A stretch of DNA of 64,000 nucleotides from an uncultured Pseudomonadota bacterium (GCA_902781465.1 CACZJK010000001.1:142831-206830), one strand, 5' to 3'. Positions 48,473-57,704 are shown, counted from the stretch's first letter. Numbers and translations are program-made. Notes: generated by a model not told the origin, from the letters alone.

Positions 48473-50053
48473 ATGACAATGTATGAATTACTGGAAAAAA
48501 CAGTAAAAGAAAATCCAAAGACTTTGTTTTTGGTTCGTGAAAATGTCACTTTTGCAGAATTCCCAAATTTGGTAAAAGCACGTGCGGCAACTTTACATAA
48601 TTTGGGTGTTAAACCAGGTGATGTTGTCGGTTTGCTTTCGCATAATATACCTGAATTTGTATCAACATTGTTCGCAATATGGTATCTGGGCGGAACAGTT
48701 TTATTGTTGGATACAAATCTGGCATCTGCGGAATATGAAAATATGACAGAACGCGTTGGTTGTAAATTTGTATGTGCGGAAAAATCTTTTTTCTATGAAA
48801 CAAAAAAATTTAAGTTCTTTGATATTCAAACGAAAGATAAAGGTGTTGACGAATCTTTGAAGCCATATCCATTAAAAGACAGCGATATCGCAACTTTGTC
48901 TTTTACTTCTGGTTCAACAGGAACACCAAAAGTTGTGCCACTGACACATTTTAATTTAGTTTCTTGTTCTGATAATTTGGAATATTTGAATCAATGGTTA
49001 AAACCTGGTGAAATGTTCTATGCGTTTTTACCGCTTTACCATGTGTTTGGATTTGCAGTTGGTTTCTTGGCACCACTTCATTTCGGTATGGGAATATTAT
49101 TGCAATCAACCATCAATCCAAATGCGATTATGGCAGACTTTGCACAATATAAGCCTCAGGTTATACCGGCTGTGCCAAAGTTATGGGAAATATTCCGTAA
49201 AAAGATTATCGAAGGTATCAAAGCCAAAAAGAAATGGGGATTGGTATCTTTCATTATGAACAATCAAAAAATGTTGCGCATGCTTGGTTTGTCGAAATTG
49301 GTCGATAAAGTCTTGAACCAAATTCGCGGTATTTTTGGTGGTCGTGCAAGATTGTTGGTTGCCGGTGGTGCCGCCACAAAACCGGAAGTCGAAAAGTTTT
49401 ATACTCAACTTGGTATGGCTTTCGTTCAAGGTTATGGTATGACAGAAACCGTTGGGCCAATCTGTTGTTCAAGACCGCTTAAAAAACGTGTTGCGTATGC
49501 TTTTGGTGCACCAATGGGCGATAACGAAGTTCAAATCCGTAATAAAGATGAAAATGGTATCGGTATGTTATGGGTCAAAGGCAACCAAATCTTTGGCGGC
49601 TATATGAATAATGATGCGGCCAACAAAGAATCTTTTGATAAAGAAGGTTGGTTCTGCACAGGTGATTTGGTTTGGATGGATAAAAATGGCGAATTGCATT
49701 TTGCTGGTCGTAAAAAACAAGTAATTGTTTTGGACAGTGGTAAAAATGTATATCCTGATGAACTGGAAGGCTTGTTTATCGAAATCGAAGGTGTAAAAAG
49801 TGTTGCCGTATTTGAACATGAAGTAAATGGAAAAACTGTTGCATACGGAGTATTCAGCGTTGAACCAGATATGACAATGGATAAATTAGCAGCCGCCATC
49901 ACAGAAAAAAATAAAAAAGTTGCGTCATATAAATGGGTGACACACTTTGCGATGACAACAGACGATTTGCCTGTGACCAGTACACAAAAAATAAAACACC
50001 ATGTTGTTCGTCAATGGTTGATTGATGGTAAATACACAGACAGACATGAGTAA
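48473..50053 (+). CDS. ANL-superfamily adenylate-forming enzyme, paralog 2 of 3
   Basis: Same motif set; about two-thirds identical to paralog 1 by eye; shares identical DNA stretches (for example GTAATTGTTTTGGACAGTGGTAAAAATGTATATCC). Confidence 0.8.
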   Translation: MTMYELLEKTVKENPKTLFLVRENVTFAEFPNLVKARAATLHNLGVKPGDVVGLLSHNIPEFVSTLFAIWYLGGTVLLLDTNLASAEYENMTERVGCKFVCAEKSFFYETKKFKFFDIQTKDKGVDESLKPYPLKDSDIATLSFTSGSTGTPKVVPLTHFNLVSCSDNLEYLNQWLKPGEMFYAFLPLYHVFGFAVGFLAPLHFGMGILLQSTINPNAIMADFAQYKPQVIPAVPKLWEIFRKKIIEGIKAKKKWGLVSFIMNNQKMLRMLGLSKLVDKVLNQIRGIFGGRARLLVAGGAATKPEVEKFYTQLGMAFVQGYGMTETVGPICCSRPLKKRVAYAFGAPMGDNEVQIRNKDENGIGMLWVKGNQIFGGYMNNDAANKESFDKEGWFCTGDLVWMDKNGELHFAGRKKQVIVLDSGKNVYPDELEGLFIEIEGVKSVAVFEHEVNGKTVAYGVFSVEPDMTMDKLAAAITEKNKKVASYKWVTHFAMTTDDLPVTSTQKIKHHVVRQWLIDGKYTDRHE

Positions 50054-50087
50054 GTTTTAACAAAAAGATATAAAGGTAGGTATTAAA

Positions 50088-51668
50088 ATGAATATGTATC
50101 AAAAATTAGAAAATGCAGTTGCACAATGGCCTGAAAATTTATTTTTGGTTCGTGAAAATGTCACTTATTCTCAATTCTTGGAACAAGTGCGCGCACGTGC
50201 TGCAACTTTGAACAAGGCCGGTGTGAAACACGGTGATGTTATTGGGGTATTGTCACATAATTTGCCACAATTTCCATTAACTCTGTTCGCGATTTGGTAT
50301 TTGGGTGCAACAGCATTGATGTTGGATACAAATCTTACACCATTGGAATACGATAAAATGTGTGAAATTGCAGGTTGTAAATTTGTTTGTGCAGAACCTT
50401 CGTTCTTTTACAAGACGAAGCAATTTAAATTCTATGACATCACAAAGAAAGACGGTGCAATCGATTATGATTTAAGACCTTATCCATCTGAATCAACAGA
50501 TGTTGCAACAATGTCTTTCACATCAGGATCAACAGGAACACCAAAAGTTGTGCCATTAACACATTTTAATTTAACAGAATGTGCAAATTCTTTGGAAGAT
50601 ATGTCAGATTATTTCCATTCAGGTGATGTTATGTATGGATTTTTACCATTGTATCATATCTTTGGTTTTGCGATTGGTATTTTGGCAACTGTTCATTATG
50701 GGGCATCATTGGTTTTGCAACCAACAGTCAATCCTAAATACATTTTGGACGATTTCAAGAAATTCCAACCTCACGTTATACCGGCTGTGCCACGTGTTTG
50801 GGAATTGTTCCGTAATAAAATTGTCACAACAATGAAAGAACAAGGCAAATGGCGCGTTGCATCTTTTATTTTAAGAAATCAAAAAACATTGAAAGATATG
50901 GGTTTGGAATTTTTTGTTCGCAAAGTTCAAGAACCAATTTTAAGTGTTTTTGGTGGACGCGCTAAATTATTGATTGCCGGTGGCGCTGCGACCAAACCAG
51001 AGGTTGAAAATTTCTATGAATCTTTGGGTATGGCATTTATCCAGGGTTATGGTTTAACAGAAACTGTTGGGCCAATCTGTATTTCAAAACCAACAAATAA
51101 AAGATTGGCTTATTCGATTGGCGCCACAACATCTAACAATGAATTCCAAATTCGTGATAAAGACGAAAATGGTGTTGGAACATTATGGTTGCGTGGACAT
51201 CAGGTATTTAACGGCTATCTGAATAATCCAGAAGTTAACGCCGAAGTTTTTGATCAAGATGGTTGGTTTAACACTGGCGATATGATGTACACGGATAAAA
51301 ATGGTGAATTACATTTTGCCGGCCGTAAAAAACAAGTAATTGTTTTGGACAGTGGTAAAAATGTATATCCTGATGAATTGGAAGGTTTGTTTATCGAAAT
51401 ACCTGGCGTTAAAAATGTAGCAGTCTTTGAACACAAAGTAGGTGATAAAACTGTTGCCTATGGCGTATTCAGTGTCGATAAAGAAATGACAATTGATAAA
51501 TTGGCCAAAGAAATTGCAGAACAAAATAAAAAGGTTGCATCTTATAAATGGGTGACCCATTTTGCGATGACAACAGAAGATTTACCAATGACCAGCACAC
51601 AAAAGGTTAAACACCACGTTGTGCGCAAGAATTTGATTGATGGTAAATATCCAGACAGAAAAGAATAA
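50088..51668 (+). CDS. ANL-superfamily adenylate-forming enzyme, paralog 3 of 3
   Basis: Same motif set; tandem with paralogs 1 and 2. Confidence 0.8.
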   Translation: MNMYQKLENAVAQWPENLFLVRENVTYSQFLEQVRARAATLNKAGVKHGDVIGVLSHNLPQFPLTLFAIWYLGATALMLDTNLTPLEYDKMCEIAGCKFVCAEPSFFYKTKQFKFYDITKKDGAIDYDLRPYPSESTDVATMSFTSGSTGTPKVVPLTHFNLTECANSLEDMSDYFHSGDVMYGFLPLYHIFGFAIGILATVHYGASLVLQPTVNPKYILDDFKKFQPHVIPAVPRVWELFRNKIVTTMKEQGKWRVASFILRNQKTLKDMGLEFFVRKVQEPILSVFGGRAKLLIAGGAATKPEVENFYESLGMAFIQGYGLTETVGPICISKPTNKRLAYSIGATTSNNEFQIRDKDENGVGTLWLRGHQVFNGYLNNPEVNAEVFDQDGWFNTGDMMYTDKNGELHFAGRKKQVIVLDSGKNVYPDELEGLFIEIPGVKNVAVFEHKVGDKTVAYGVFSVDKEMTIDKLAKEIAEQNKKVASYKWVTHFAMTTEDLPMTSTQKVKHHVVRKNLIDGKYPDRKE

Positions 51669-51789
51669 AAGTAGATTACACAAACGAAGTGCAGTGTAAT
51701 CGTCACGTTATACGCGCAGCCGGCACAGTTTGTGCCGTGCGAGCGAATAAAAACTTTTGGAAGTACAATGTACCAAAATCATTAAAAAA

Positions 51790-51815
51790 CCGCCCAATTG
51801 GGCGGTGTTTTTTGT
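51790..51815. terminator. Bidirectional terminator CCGCCCAATTGGGCGG flanked by A/T runs (between paralog 3 and yebC)
   Basis: Read directly. Confidence 0.6.
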
Positions 51816-51828
51816 TAATTATATTTAA

Positions 51829-52545
51829 TTAAGCAGCGGCAGTGAATACTTTTTGAACGTCGTCATTAGCATCCAAAGCATCAACTAATTTTTCGATTTT
51901 TGCATACGCTTCGTCATCTAAATCCATTGGCATATTTGGAACCCATGTGATTTCCGCATTTTCTGGTTCACCCAGTTTATCAGCCAAAGCCTTTTGAATA
52001 TTCATAAAATTATCTGGTTTTGTTGTGATGATGAAACCTTCTTCGGATGTTTCCAGGTTATCCGCATCAACTTCCATAACCAATTCCATCATTTCATCTT
52101 CTGTTTTACCGATTGATGCAGGGTACATAATCTGACCAACGTGAGAGAACATGAAAACAACAGAACCTTCTTCGCCCATATTTCCACCGTTTTTGGCAAA
52201 GATATTACGAACTTCTGGTACTGTACGACGTGGATTATCAGTCAAGGCTTCTACGATAACAGGGACGGCATTTGGACCATAACCTTCATAACGCACTGCT
52301 ACAAAGTTATCTGTATTTGCACCAGATGCCTTTTCAATTGCGCGTTTAATGTTATCGTTAGGCATAGATGCTTTACGAGCCTGTAAAATTGCCAAACGCA
52401 ATCTTGGGTTATTATCTGGATTTTTATCACCCAATTTTGCCGCCATAGTTATTTCACGCGCCAATTTAGTAAACAAACCGCTGCGTGCTGCATCAACCAA
52501 TCCTTTTTTGTGTTGGATGTTGTGCCATTTACTGTGTCCACTCAT
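51829..52545 (-). CDS. yebC: YebC/PmpR-family transcriptional regulator
   Basis: MSGHSKWHNIQHKKG N-terminus is diagnostic. Confidence 0.9.
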   Translation of the reverse strand: MSGHSKWHNIQHKKGLVDAARSGLFTKLAREITMAAKLGDKNPDNNPRLRLAILQARKASMPNDNIKRAIEKASGANTDNFVAVRYEGYGPNAVPVIVEALTDNPRRTVPEVRNIFAKNGGNMGEEGSVVFMFSHVGQIMYPASIGKTEDEMMELVMEVDADNLETSEEGFIITTKPDNFMNIQKALADKLGEPENAEITWVPNMPMDLDDEAYAKIEKLVDALDANDDVQKVFTAAA

Positions 52546-52595
52546 ATTTGACCTTTTGATTTTATTATATTAAAATTACACCAAAAGGATAACAA

Positions 52596-53162
52596 ATGAT
52601 TGGAAAATTGCAAGGTGTAATTGATTATATTGGCTCTGATTATATTATTTTAATGGTCGGGGGCGTTGGGTACAAGGTTTATACCCCTGAAATGTTCGCT
52701 TTGAACACGCCTGTCACGCTTTGGATTGAAACGATTGTGCGTGAAGATTCGATAAGATTATTCGGTTTTTCAACGGTTGCCGGACAAAACCTGTTTAACC
52801 AATTGACGACAGTTTCAGGCGTTGGACCAAAGGTCGCATTGGCAATTATGGGTACTATTAAAACAGATACCTTGATGACGGCAATTGCAACTGGGGATGC
52901 AAAAACAATTGCAACTGCACCAGGCGTTGGTAAAAAAGTAGCCGAAAAAATCATAGTTGAATTAAAAAATAAAATGGGTGGCGCGAACTTTGATTTTGGA
53001 AATGAAAGTGGCGTATTACCAGATTTGTTGGCGGCACTGGAATCATTAGGTTATCGCCGTATGGATATAATTGACATGGCGCAACATTTGGTATCTGATA
53101 ATCCAATGGCTGATGTCGCAAAACTGGTTCCAATGGCATTGAAAGAAATAAGCGGTAAATAA
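52596..53162 (+). CDS. ruvA: Holliday junction branch-migration complex subunit RuvA
   Basis: MIGKLQGVI N-terminus; two HhH motifs (LTTVSGVGPKVALAIM); C-terminal domain III. Confidence 0.85.
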   Translation: MIGKLQGVIDYIGSDYIILMVGGVGYKVYTPEMFALNTPVTLWIETIVREDSIRLFGFSTVAGQNLFNQLTTVSGVGPKVALAIMGTIKTDTLMTAIATGDAKTIATAPGVGKKVAEKIIVELKNKMGGANFDFGNESGVLPDLLAALESLGYRRMDIIDMAQHLVSDNPMADVAKLVPMALKEISGK

Positions 53163-54458
53163 ATGGAAAATAACGATAATATTTTTGCTCTGTCTTCTGC
53201 ACCTGGGAAATCAGGTGTTGCCGTCGTTCGTATCAGCGGTGGCGATTTGGGCGATTTATTTAAACGTATTATAGATAAAAAAGAATTTGAATCGCGTCAT
53301 GCTTATTTTACCAACTTTCGCGACAACAACGGCGAATTGATAGACCAATGTATCGCAATATTTTTTGCTGCGCCGAATTCTTTTACAGGTGAAGATATTA
53401 TTGAAATTCATTCGCATGGTGCGATGGCTGTTATAAATAAAATATTTGATTTCTTGCGCGAACATAATTGTCGTATTGCAACACGTGGCGAATTTTCAAG
53501 ACGCGCTTTCTATAACAATAAAATGGATTTGGCTGATGTAGATGGTTTGATTGCTTTGTTGGATGCGCAAACAGATAAACAGCGTGCAATCGCGTTAAAA
53601 TCTTTAACTGGGAAGGATTCAAAAATCTATCAAAATTGGCGCGAACAAATGATTGAAATATCGGCCTATGCGGCGGCTATTCTGGATTATGATTCTGACG
53701 ATTTGCCGGCAAATATTGATAAAAAGATTTTATCGCAAGCACAAAATTTATTGGATGAAATAAAAACATCTATGTCTGGATATCGTGCAACACGCGCAAT
53801 TCAAAATGGTTTTAATATAGTGTTGGTTGGTGAAACTAATGTTGGTAAATCATCTATATTTAATAAACTGGTTGGGTCAAATCGTGCGATAGTGTCAAGT
53901 ATCGCTGGCACAACACGCGATGTGGTGTCGCAACAAATTGATATAGATGGATATTTGGTGAATCTATCTGATACAGCCGGTATAAGGGATGCATCTGATA
54001 CAATTGAAAAAATAGGTATCGAACGCACCCAGGCCGAGGCTGATAAAGCAGACCTGATTATCCATGTATATAATGAATTGCCAGAAATAATAAACGAAAA
54101 TGAAATTACAGTTATAAATAAATCTGATTTATTAAAAGACAAATCAAATAAAAATGTAATTTATACATCCGTAAAAAATAATGATGGTTTTGATATATTG
54201 TTAAACACAATCAAAACGAAAATGCATGAATTGATGGGTGGTTCTGAATCACGTATAGCAATCAATGAACGCACATACGAATTATTAAATGAAACAGTTT
54301 TTGAATTAGACACCGCAATAAAAAATTATGATGGTAATTATGATATATTCGCAGAACACGTTAGACGCGGCGGTGATTCAATCGGGAAAATATTAGGTGT
54401 CATAACAACAAATGAAATCGCCGACGCCACTTTTTCAAGGTTGTGTTTGGGAAAATAA
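53163..54458 (+). CDS. mnmE: tRNA modification GTPase MnmE
   Basis: G-domain GETNVGKSS, DTAGIR; C-terminal C(L)GK motif; stop/start overlap with ruvA (TAAATG). Confidence 0.9.
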   Translation: MENNDNIFALSSAPGKSGVAVVRISGGDLGDLFKRIIDKKEFESRHAYFTNFRDNNGELIDQCIAIFFAAPNSFTGEDIIEIHSHGAMAVINKIFDFLREHNCRIATRGEFSRRAFYNNKMDLADVDGLIALLDAQTDKQRAIALKSLTGKDSKIYQNWREQMIEISAYAAAILDYDSDDLPANIDKKILSQAQNLLDEIKTSMSGYRATRAIQNGFNIVLVGETNVGKSSIFNKLVGSNRAIVSSIAGTTRDVVSQQIDIDGYLVNLSDTAGIRDASDTIEKIGIERTQAEADKADLIIHVYNELPEIINENEITVINKSDLLKDKSNKNVIYTSVKNNDGFDILLNTIKTKMHELMGGSESRIAINERTYELLNETVFELDTAIKNYDGNYDIFAEHVRRGGDSIGKILGVITTNEIADATFSRLCLGK

Positions 54459-54464
54459 AAAAAC

Positions 54465-54488
54465 ACCGGCATTTGCCGGTTTTTATGT
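54465..54488 (+). terminator. Terminator hairpin ACCGGCATTTGCCGGT plus T-run (after mnmE)
   Basis: Read directly. Confidence 0.6.
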
Positions 54489-54517
54489 TTGATTTTTTGG
54501 ATAATCCTATTTATAAT
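54489..54517 (+). promoter_or_regulatory. Sigma70 promoter TTGATT-17-TATAAT for structured leader B
   Basis: TTGATT 54489-54494; TATAAT 54512-54517. Confidence 0.5.
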
Positions 54518-54523
54518 AACGCA

Positions 54524-54725
54524 TGAATCCGATGGGAATTGGGTTTGGGATTTAGAACATCCCATAGTAGTGCGGTGCATAAAGCATCGTAATCTGTTTA
54601 TGGTGCTTTTGTGCCATATCCCTGACTTATATGGTCGGGGTGCCACTTTGGTGGAGCATTCACTACTATGCTGTTCTAACCCCCGACCGCTTATTTTTTG
54701 GCGGTCTTTGTTTTTTATAAAAAAC
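54524..54725 (+). ncRNA. Structured leader B (about 200 nt): long interrupted closing helix, internal hairpins, antiterminator/terminator alternative; candidate transcriptional riboswitch
   Basis: TTAGAACA(54552)/TGTTCTAA(54672) and CATAGTAGTG(54563)/CACTACTATG(54661) form an 18-bp interrupted helix around about 90 nt; GGTCGGGG (54633) complements CCCCGACC (54681), which overlaps terminator stem GACCGC/GCGGTC (54685-54706) plus U-run; the ORF RBS follows at 54726. Confidence 0.45.
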
Positions 54726-54735
54726 AAGGAACGAT

Positions 54736-55110
54736 ATGAACAATTCAATTTTTATCAAAGGCGTTAAATTTCAAAGAACAACGCCAAAAGCAATAAGAAA
54801 AGATATTTCGTCAAATATATTATTTTTTATGATATCACAATCTGGCGCAATTGACAGGCGCGGAACAATCTATTTCTTTACACCAACCGGTGCTTACTTT
54901 ATGGAACGGGAAGATTATACAGCCGAATTCAAAGATGAACTTTTTCTGTTTGCCTCTGAATGGAATTTAGTAAATGCATATTTTTGTGATTTTTTGATTA
55001 TAAGACCAGATATTTATGATTCTTTTGTTCGTGAATTATGCGCACGAAATCAACCTTACTTTTGGTTTGATACAGCAATAGAAGTTTATGGAACTAAATA
55101 TTGTGATTAA
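54736..55110 (+). CDS. Hypothetical protein (124 aa) downstream of leader B
   Basis: RBS AAGGA then ATG; no recognisable motif. Confidence 0.5.
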   Translation: MNNSIFIKGVKFQRTTPKAIRKDISSNILFFMISQSGAIDRRGTIYFFTPTGAYFMEREDYTAEFKDELFLFASEWNLVNAYFCDFLIIRPDIYDSFVRELCARNQPYFWFDTAIEVYGTKYCD

Positions 55111-55115
55111 AAAAA

Positions 55116-55135
55116 ACACCGGCAAATGCCGGTGT
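55116..55135 (+). terminator. Terminator hairpin ACACCGGCAAATGCCGGTGT plus T-run
   Basis: Read directly. Confidence 0.6.
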
Positions 55136-55150
55136 TTTTGATATTGTTTT

Positions 55151-55176
55151 CCCGCCTTCGCCAAGGCTTCGGTGGG
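55151..55176 (+). repeat. Conserved hairpin motif copy 2: CCCGCC-TTC-GCC-AA-GGC-TTC-GGTGGG
   Basis: Same core as 22949-22972 with a compensatory outer stem. Confidence 0.4.
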
Positions 55177-55204
55177 CGCTCAATTTTTCTAAATAAAAAA
55201 GGTA

Positions 55205-55232
55205 TCAAATGATACCTTTTTATTAACCAAAA
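55205..55232. terminator. Bidirectional terminator AAAAAGGTATCAAATGATACCTTTTT (serves secB on the - strand)
   Basis: Read directly. Confidence 0.55.
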
Positions 55233-55238
55233 TTGGCG

Positions 55239-55688
55239 TTACTGATTTGCAGGTTGTTGTGCCGCTGCGCCTTTTTGTCTTTGTTCATAAAGGTCTGCGA
55301 AATCAACCAATGGCATAGAAAGTGGAGGAAAACCAGATTCTGCGGTCAATCTTGTCACCATTGCGCGAACATAAGGGAACAATACGGTTGGAACATCAAT
55401 CAACAATGTTTTCTTTTTGATTTCTTCGTCTTTTTCTTCGTATTGAACCATTCCTGTATATGTAGATTCAATCAAGAATACTGTTTTGTCGTCTTTTTCC
55501 AATTTAGAATGAACGCGTGTAATCAAATCAACCATAAATAAATTGTTTTCAGCACCTTTGATATTGATATCGATATTGATTTCCATTTTTGCCTGGCCAC
55601 CGTCCTGTTTAAAGAATAATTCTGGGACATTTGGGCTTTCAAAAGAGATATCTTTTAAGAATTGAGATATAATATTAAACTTTGGCAT
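55239..55688 (-). CDS. secB: Protein-export chaperone SecB
   Basis: MPKFNIISQF...; overall SecB length and conserved blocks; RBS AGGAG before the ATG at 55688. The six-frame ORF extends to 55877 without RBS support. Confidence 0.85.
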   Translation of the reverse strand: MPKFNIISQFLKDISFESPNVPELFFKQDGGQAKMEINIDINIKGAENNLFMVDLITRVHSKLEKDDKTVFLIESTYTGMVQYEEKDEEIKKKTLLIDVPTVLFPYVRAMVTRLTAESGFPPLSMPLVDFADLYEQRQKGAAAQQPANQ

Positions 55689-55770
55689 ACGATTGCTCCT
55701 TTTTTTATCCATCGTTTTGTGATAATATAGCATTAAGAAATAGTTTTTACAAGTGGGGGGAATAATTAAA

Positions 55771-56865
55771 ATGTCATTATTTAATAATTTTGTTCGTTTT
55801 TGTGGTATTTCTTGTATTGTGGCTTTGGTTTCGGGTTGTGATTTGTCTGCGCCAATGCACGAAGGCGACAATTCCAAGATACCATCAAATTTAACGGCTG
55901 TTTCTTATTCTGCCTTGCCAGGTTGGCGCGATGATGATGTAAGATATGCGTTGCAGGCGTTCCGTAATACTTGTAAAGCAAAGATACAATACAGTGGTTC
56001 TGTTATCCCAGATCCTGAATTGTTGCGCGAAAAATGTAATATGTTGCCAAGTGCTTCTGCGGATGTTAAAACAGTGCGCGCTTGGTTTGAATCTAATTTC
56101 CAACCATATCAGGTTCATAATGAAAAAGGTGGAAAAACCGGAACTTATACTGGGTATTATTCACCTGTGATTCCGGGCTGTAAAACAAGAACTGCGCAAT
56201 GTAATGAACCAATTATGGGTGTGCCTATTGATGGACGTGGATATAAAGGCGTTTCAAAACGGGATATTGTAAATAAAAAAATAGGTCGCGTTTTATATTG
56301 GGCAAATATTGTTGATGTTCAAAACTTGCAAATCCAAGGCAGCGGTATGTTAAAACTGGAAGATGGGCAAATGGTAAAATTGAATTTTGCGGCTGTTAAT
56401 GATATGCCTTTTAAGTCTATTGGGGCGCAATTACAGGAACGCGGAATTAAACCAGCGGGTGGATACAGTGCAGATGCTGTTTGGTCGCATTTGAAACAAA
56501 ATCCAACTTTGGCCAAAGAAGTAATTTACAATAATCCGCGTTATGTATATTTTTATGAAACACCACAACATAGTGTTGTTGGAAAACTGGGGACACCGCT
56601 TTCAAAAATACGAAGTGTTGCCATGGATGACAGTTTGTATACGTTGGGTTTGCCGGTGTATATAAATACCAGTTTGTCTGATGGACGTTCTTTTAATCGT
56701 TTAATGATTACCCAAGATACTGGTGGTGCAATTCGTGGCTGGATACGTGCAGATATATTCTTTGGGTCGGGGGACGAAGCATATCAGGTTGCACATGGTC
56801 AACATTCACAAGGTCAAATGTTTATTTTAATGCCAAAAGAATACAGTTATGTTAAACCAAGATAA
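55771..56865 (+). CDS. mltA: Membrane-bound lytic murein transglycosylase A
   Basis: Lipoprotein signal (VALVSGC); MltA and 3D domain blocks (GYYSPV...; C-terminal DTGGAIRG...D.F.G); RBS GGGGGGA before the ATG at 55771. Confidence 0.75.
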   Translation: MSLFNNFVRFCGISCIVALVSGCDLSAPMHEGDNSKIPSNLTAVSYSALPGWRDDDVRYALQAFRNTCKAKIQYSGSVIPDPELLREKCNMLPSASADVKTVRAWFESNFQPYQVHNEKGGKTGTYTGYYSPVIPGCKTRTAQCNEPIMGVPIDGRGYKGVSKRDIVNKKIGRVLYWANIVDVQNLQIQGSGMLKLEDGQMVKLNFAAVNDMPFKSIGAQLQERGIKPAGGYSADAVWSHLKQNPTLAKEVIYNNPRYVYFYETPQHSVVGKLGTPLSKIRSVAMDDSLYTLGLPVYINTSLSDGRSFNRLMITQDTGGAIRGWIRADIFFGSGDEAYQVAHGQHSQGQMFILMPKEYSYVKPR

Positions 56866-57184
56866 AAAAATAAATTTGGAAACACGTAAGGCACGACCAC
56901 AAACCCTGGCGTCTGCGTTTGGTGGATTGCTGGAAATGTTTGGGGCGCGTGTAAGTGATGCAGATTTGGCAAATAATTGGGGACGCGTTGTTGGACCTGA
57001 TATATCAAAGATATCAAATGTGGTGGCTATAAAAATAGGGCGCGATAAAAAATTTAATATCGTGTTAAGGCCTAAATCGCCTGCGTTTGCGCTGGAATTA
57101 TCTTATAAACTTGATGAAATAAAGACCGCTGTAAATAAATATTATGGTCGTGATGCAACTGGTAAAATAACAATACGGAAATAA
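56849..57184 (+). CDS. DUF721-like small protein (DciA-like?), hypothetical
   Basis: Small basic ORF overlapping the mltA end; family assignment is from memory of the DUF721 pattern and is weak. Confidence 0.4.
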   Translation: MLNQDKKINLETRKARPQTLASAFGGLLEMFGARVSDADLANNWGRVVGPDISKISNVVAIKIGRDKKFNIVLRPKSPAFALELSYKLDEIKTAVNKYYGRDATGKITIRK

Positions 57185-57186
57185 AG

Positions 57187-57666
57187 ATGAAAAGAATTAT
57201 TGGAATTGATCCAGGGCTTTTACATACAGGTTGGTCGATTATAGATATCGCTGGTTCAAACAGAAAATATGTCGCCAGTGGTGTTATTTTGCCGCCAACA
57301 AAATTACCATTGCCGGAAAGGCTGGCTTTCATCTTTAATGGTGTAAATGATTTGTGTAAAGAATTTGAACCAACCGAATGCAGTATCGAAGTTATATTTG
57401 TTAATAAAAACGGAAAAACAACATTGTTGTTGGGGCATGCACGTGCGGCGGCCATAACTGCGGTTGCAGTGAATAATATACCTGTGTTTGAATACGAACC
57501 AAATAAAGTAAAGAAAGCACTGACCGGAATAGGGCATGCTGATAAAGACCAGATTTATAAAATGTTGACGATTTTATTACCGGCTGCACATCCAAAGACG
57601 GCGGACGAAAGTGATGCGATTGCGATTGCTTTGACACATGCGAATACATCCCGCTTTGATAAATAA
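57187..57666 (+). CDS. ruvC: Crossover junction endodeoxyribonuclease RuvC
   Basis: MKRIIGIDPGL; catalytic acidic residues (D8, E, D, D); 159 aa. Confidence 0.9.
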   Translation: MKRIIGIDPGLLHTGWSIIDIAGSNRKYVASGVILPPTKLPLPERLAFIFNGVNDLCKEFEPTECSIEVIFVNKNGKTTLLLGHARAAAITAVAVNNIPVFEYEPNKVKKALTGIGHADKDQIYKMLTILLPAAHPKTADESDAIAIALTHANTSRFDK

Positions 57667-57704
57667 AAAAATAAGTTTATAAAATATTTAGTTGTGTTAT
57701 ATTT

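Noticed and set aside
54524-54556. Ten-codon leader peptide MNPMGIGFGI at the start of leader B as the basis of attenuation
   Set aside because: The ATG would be at the transcription start with no RBS, and the peptide is not enriched for any one regulatory amino acid. An RNA-structure-based mechanism fits the sequence better.
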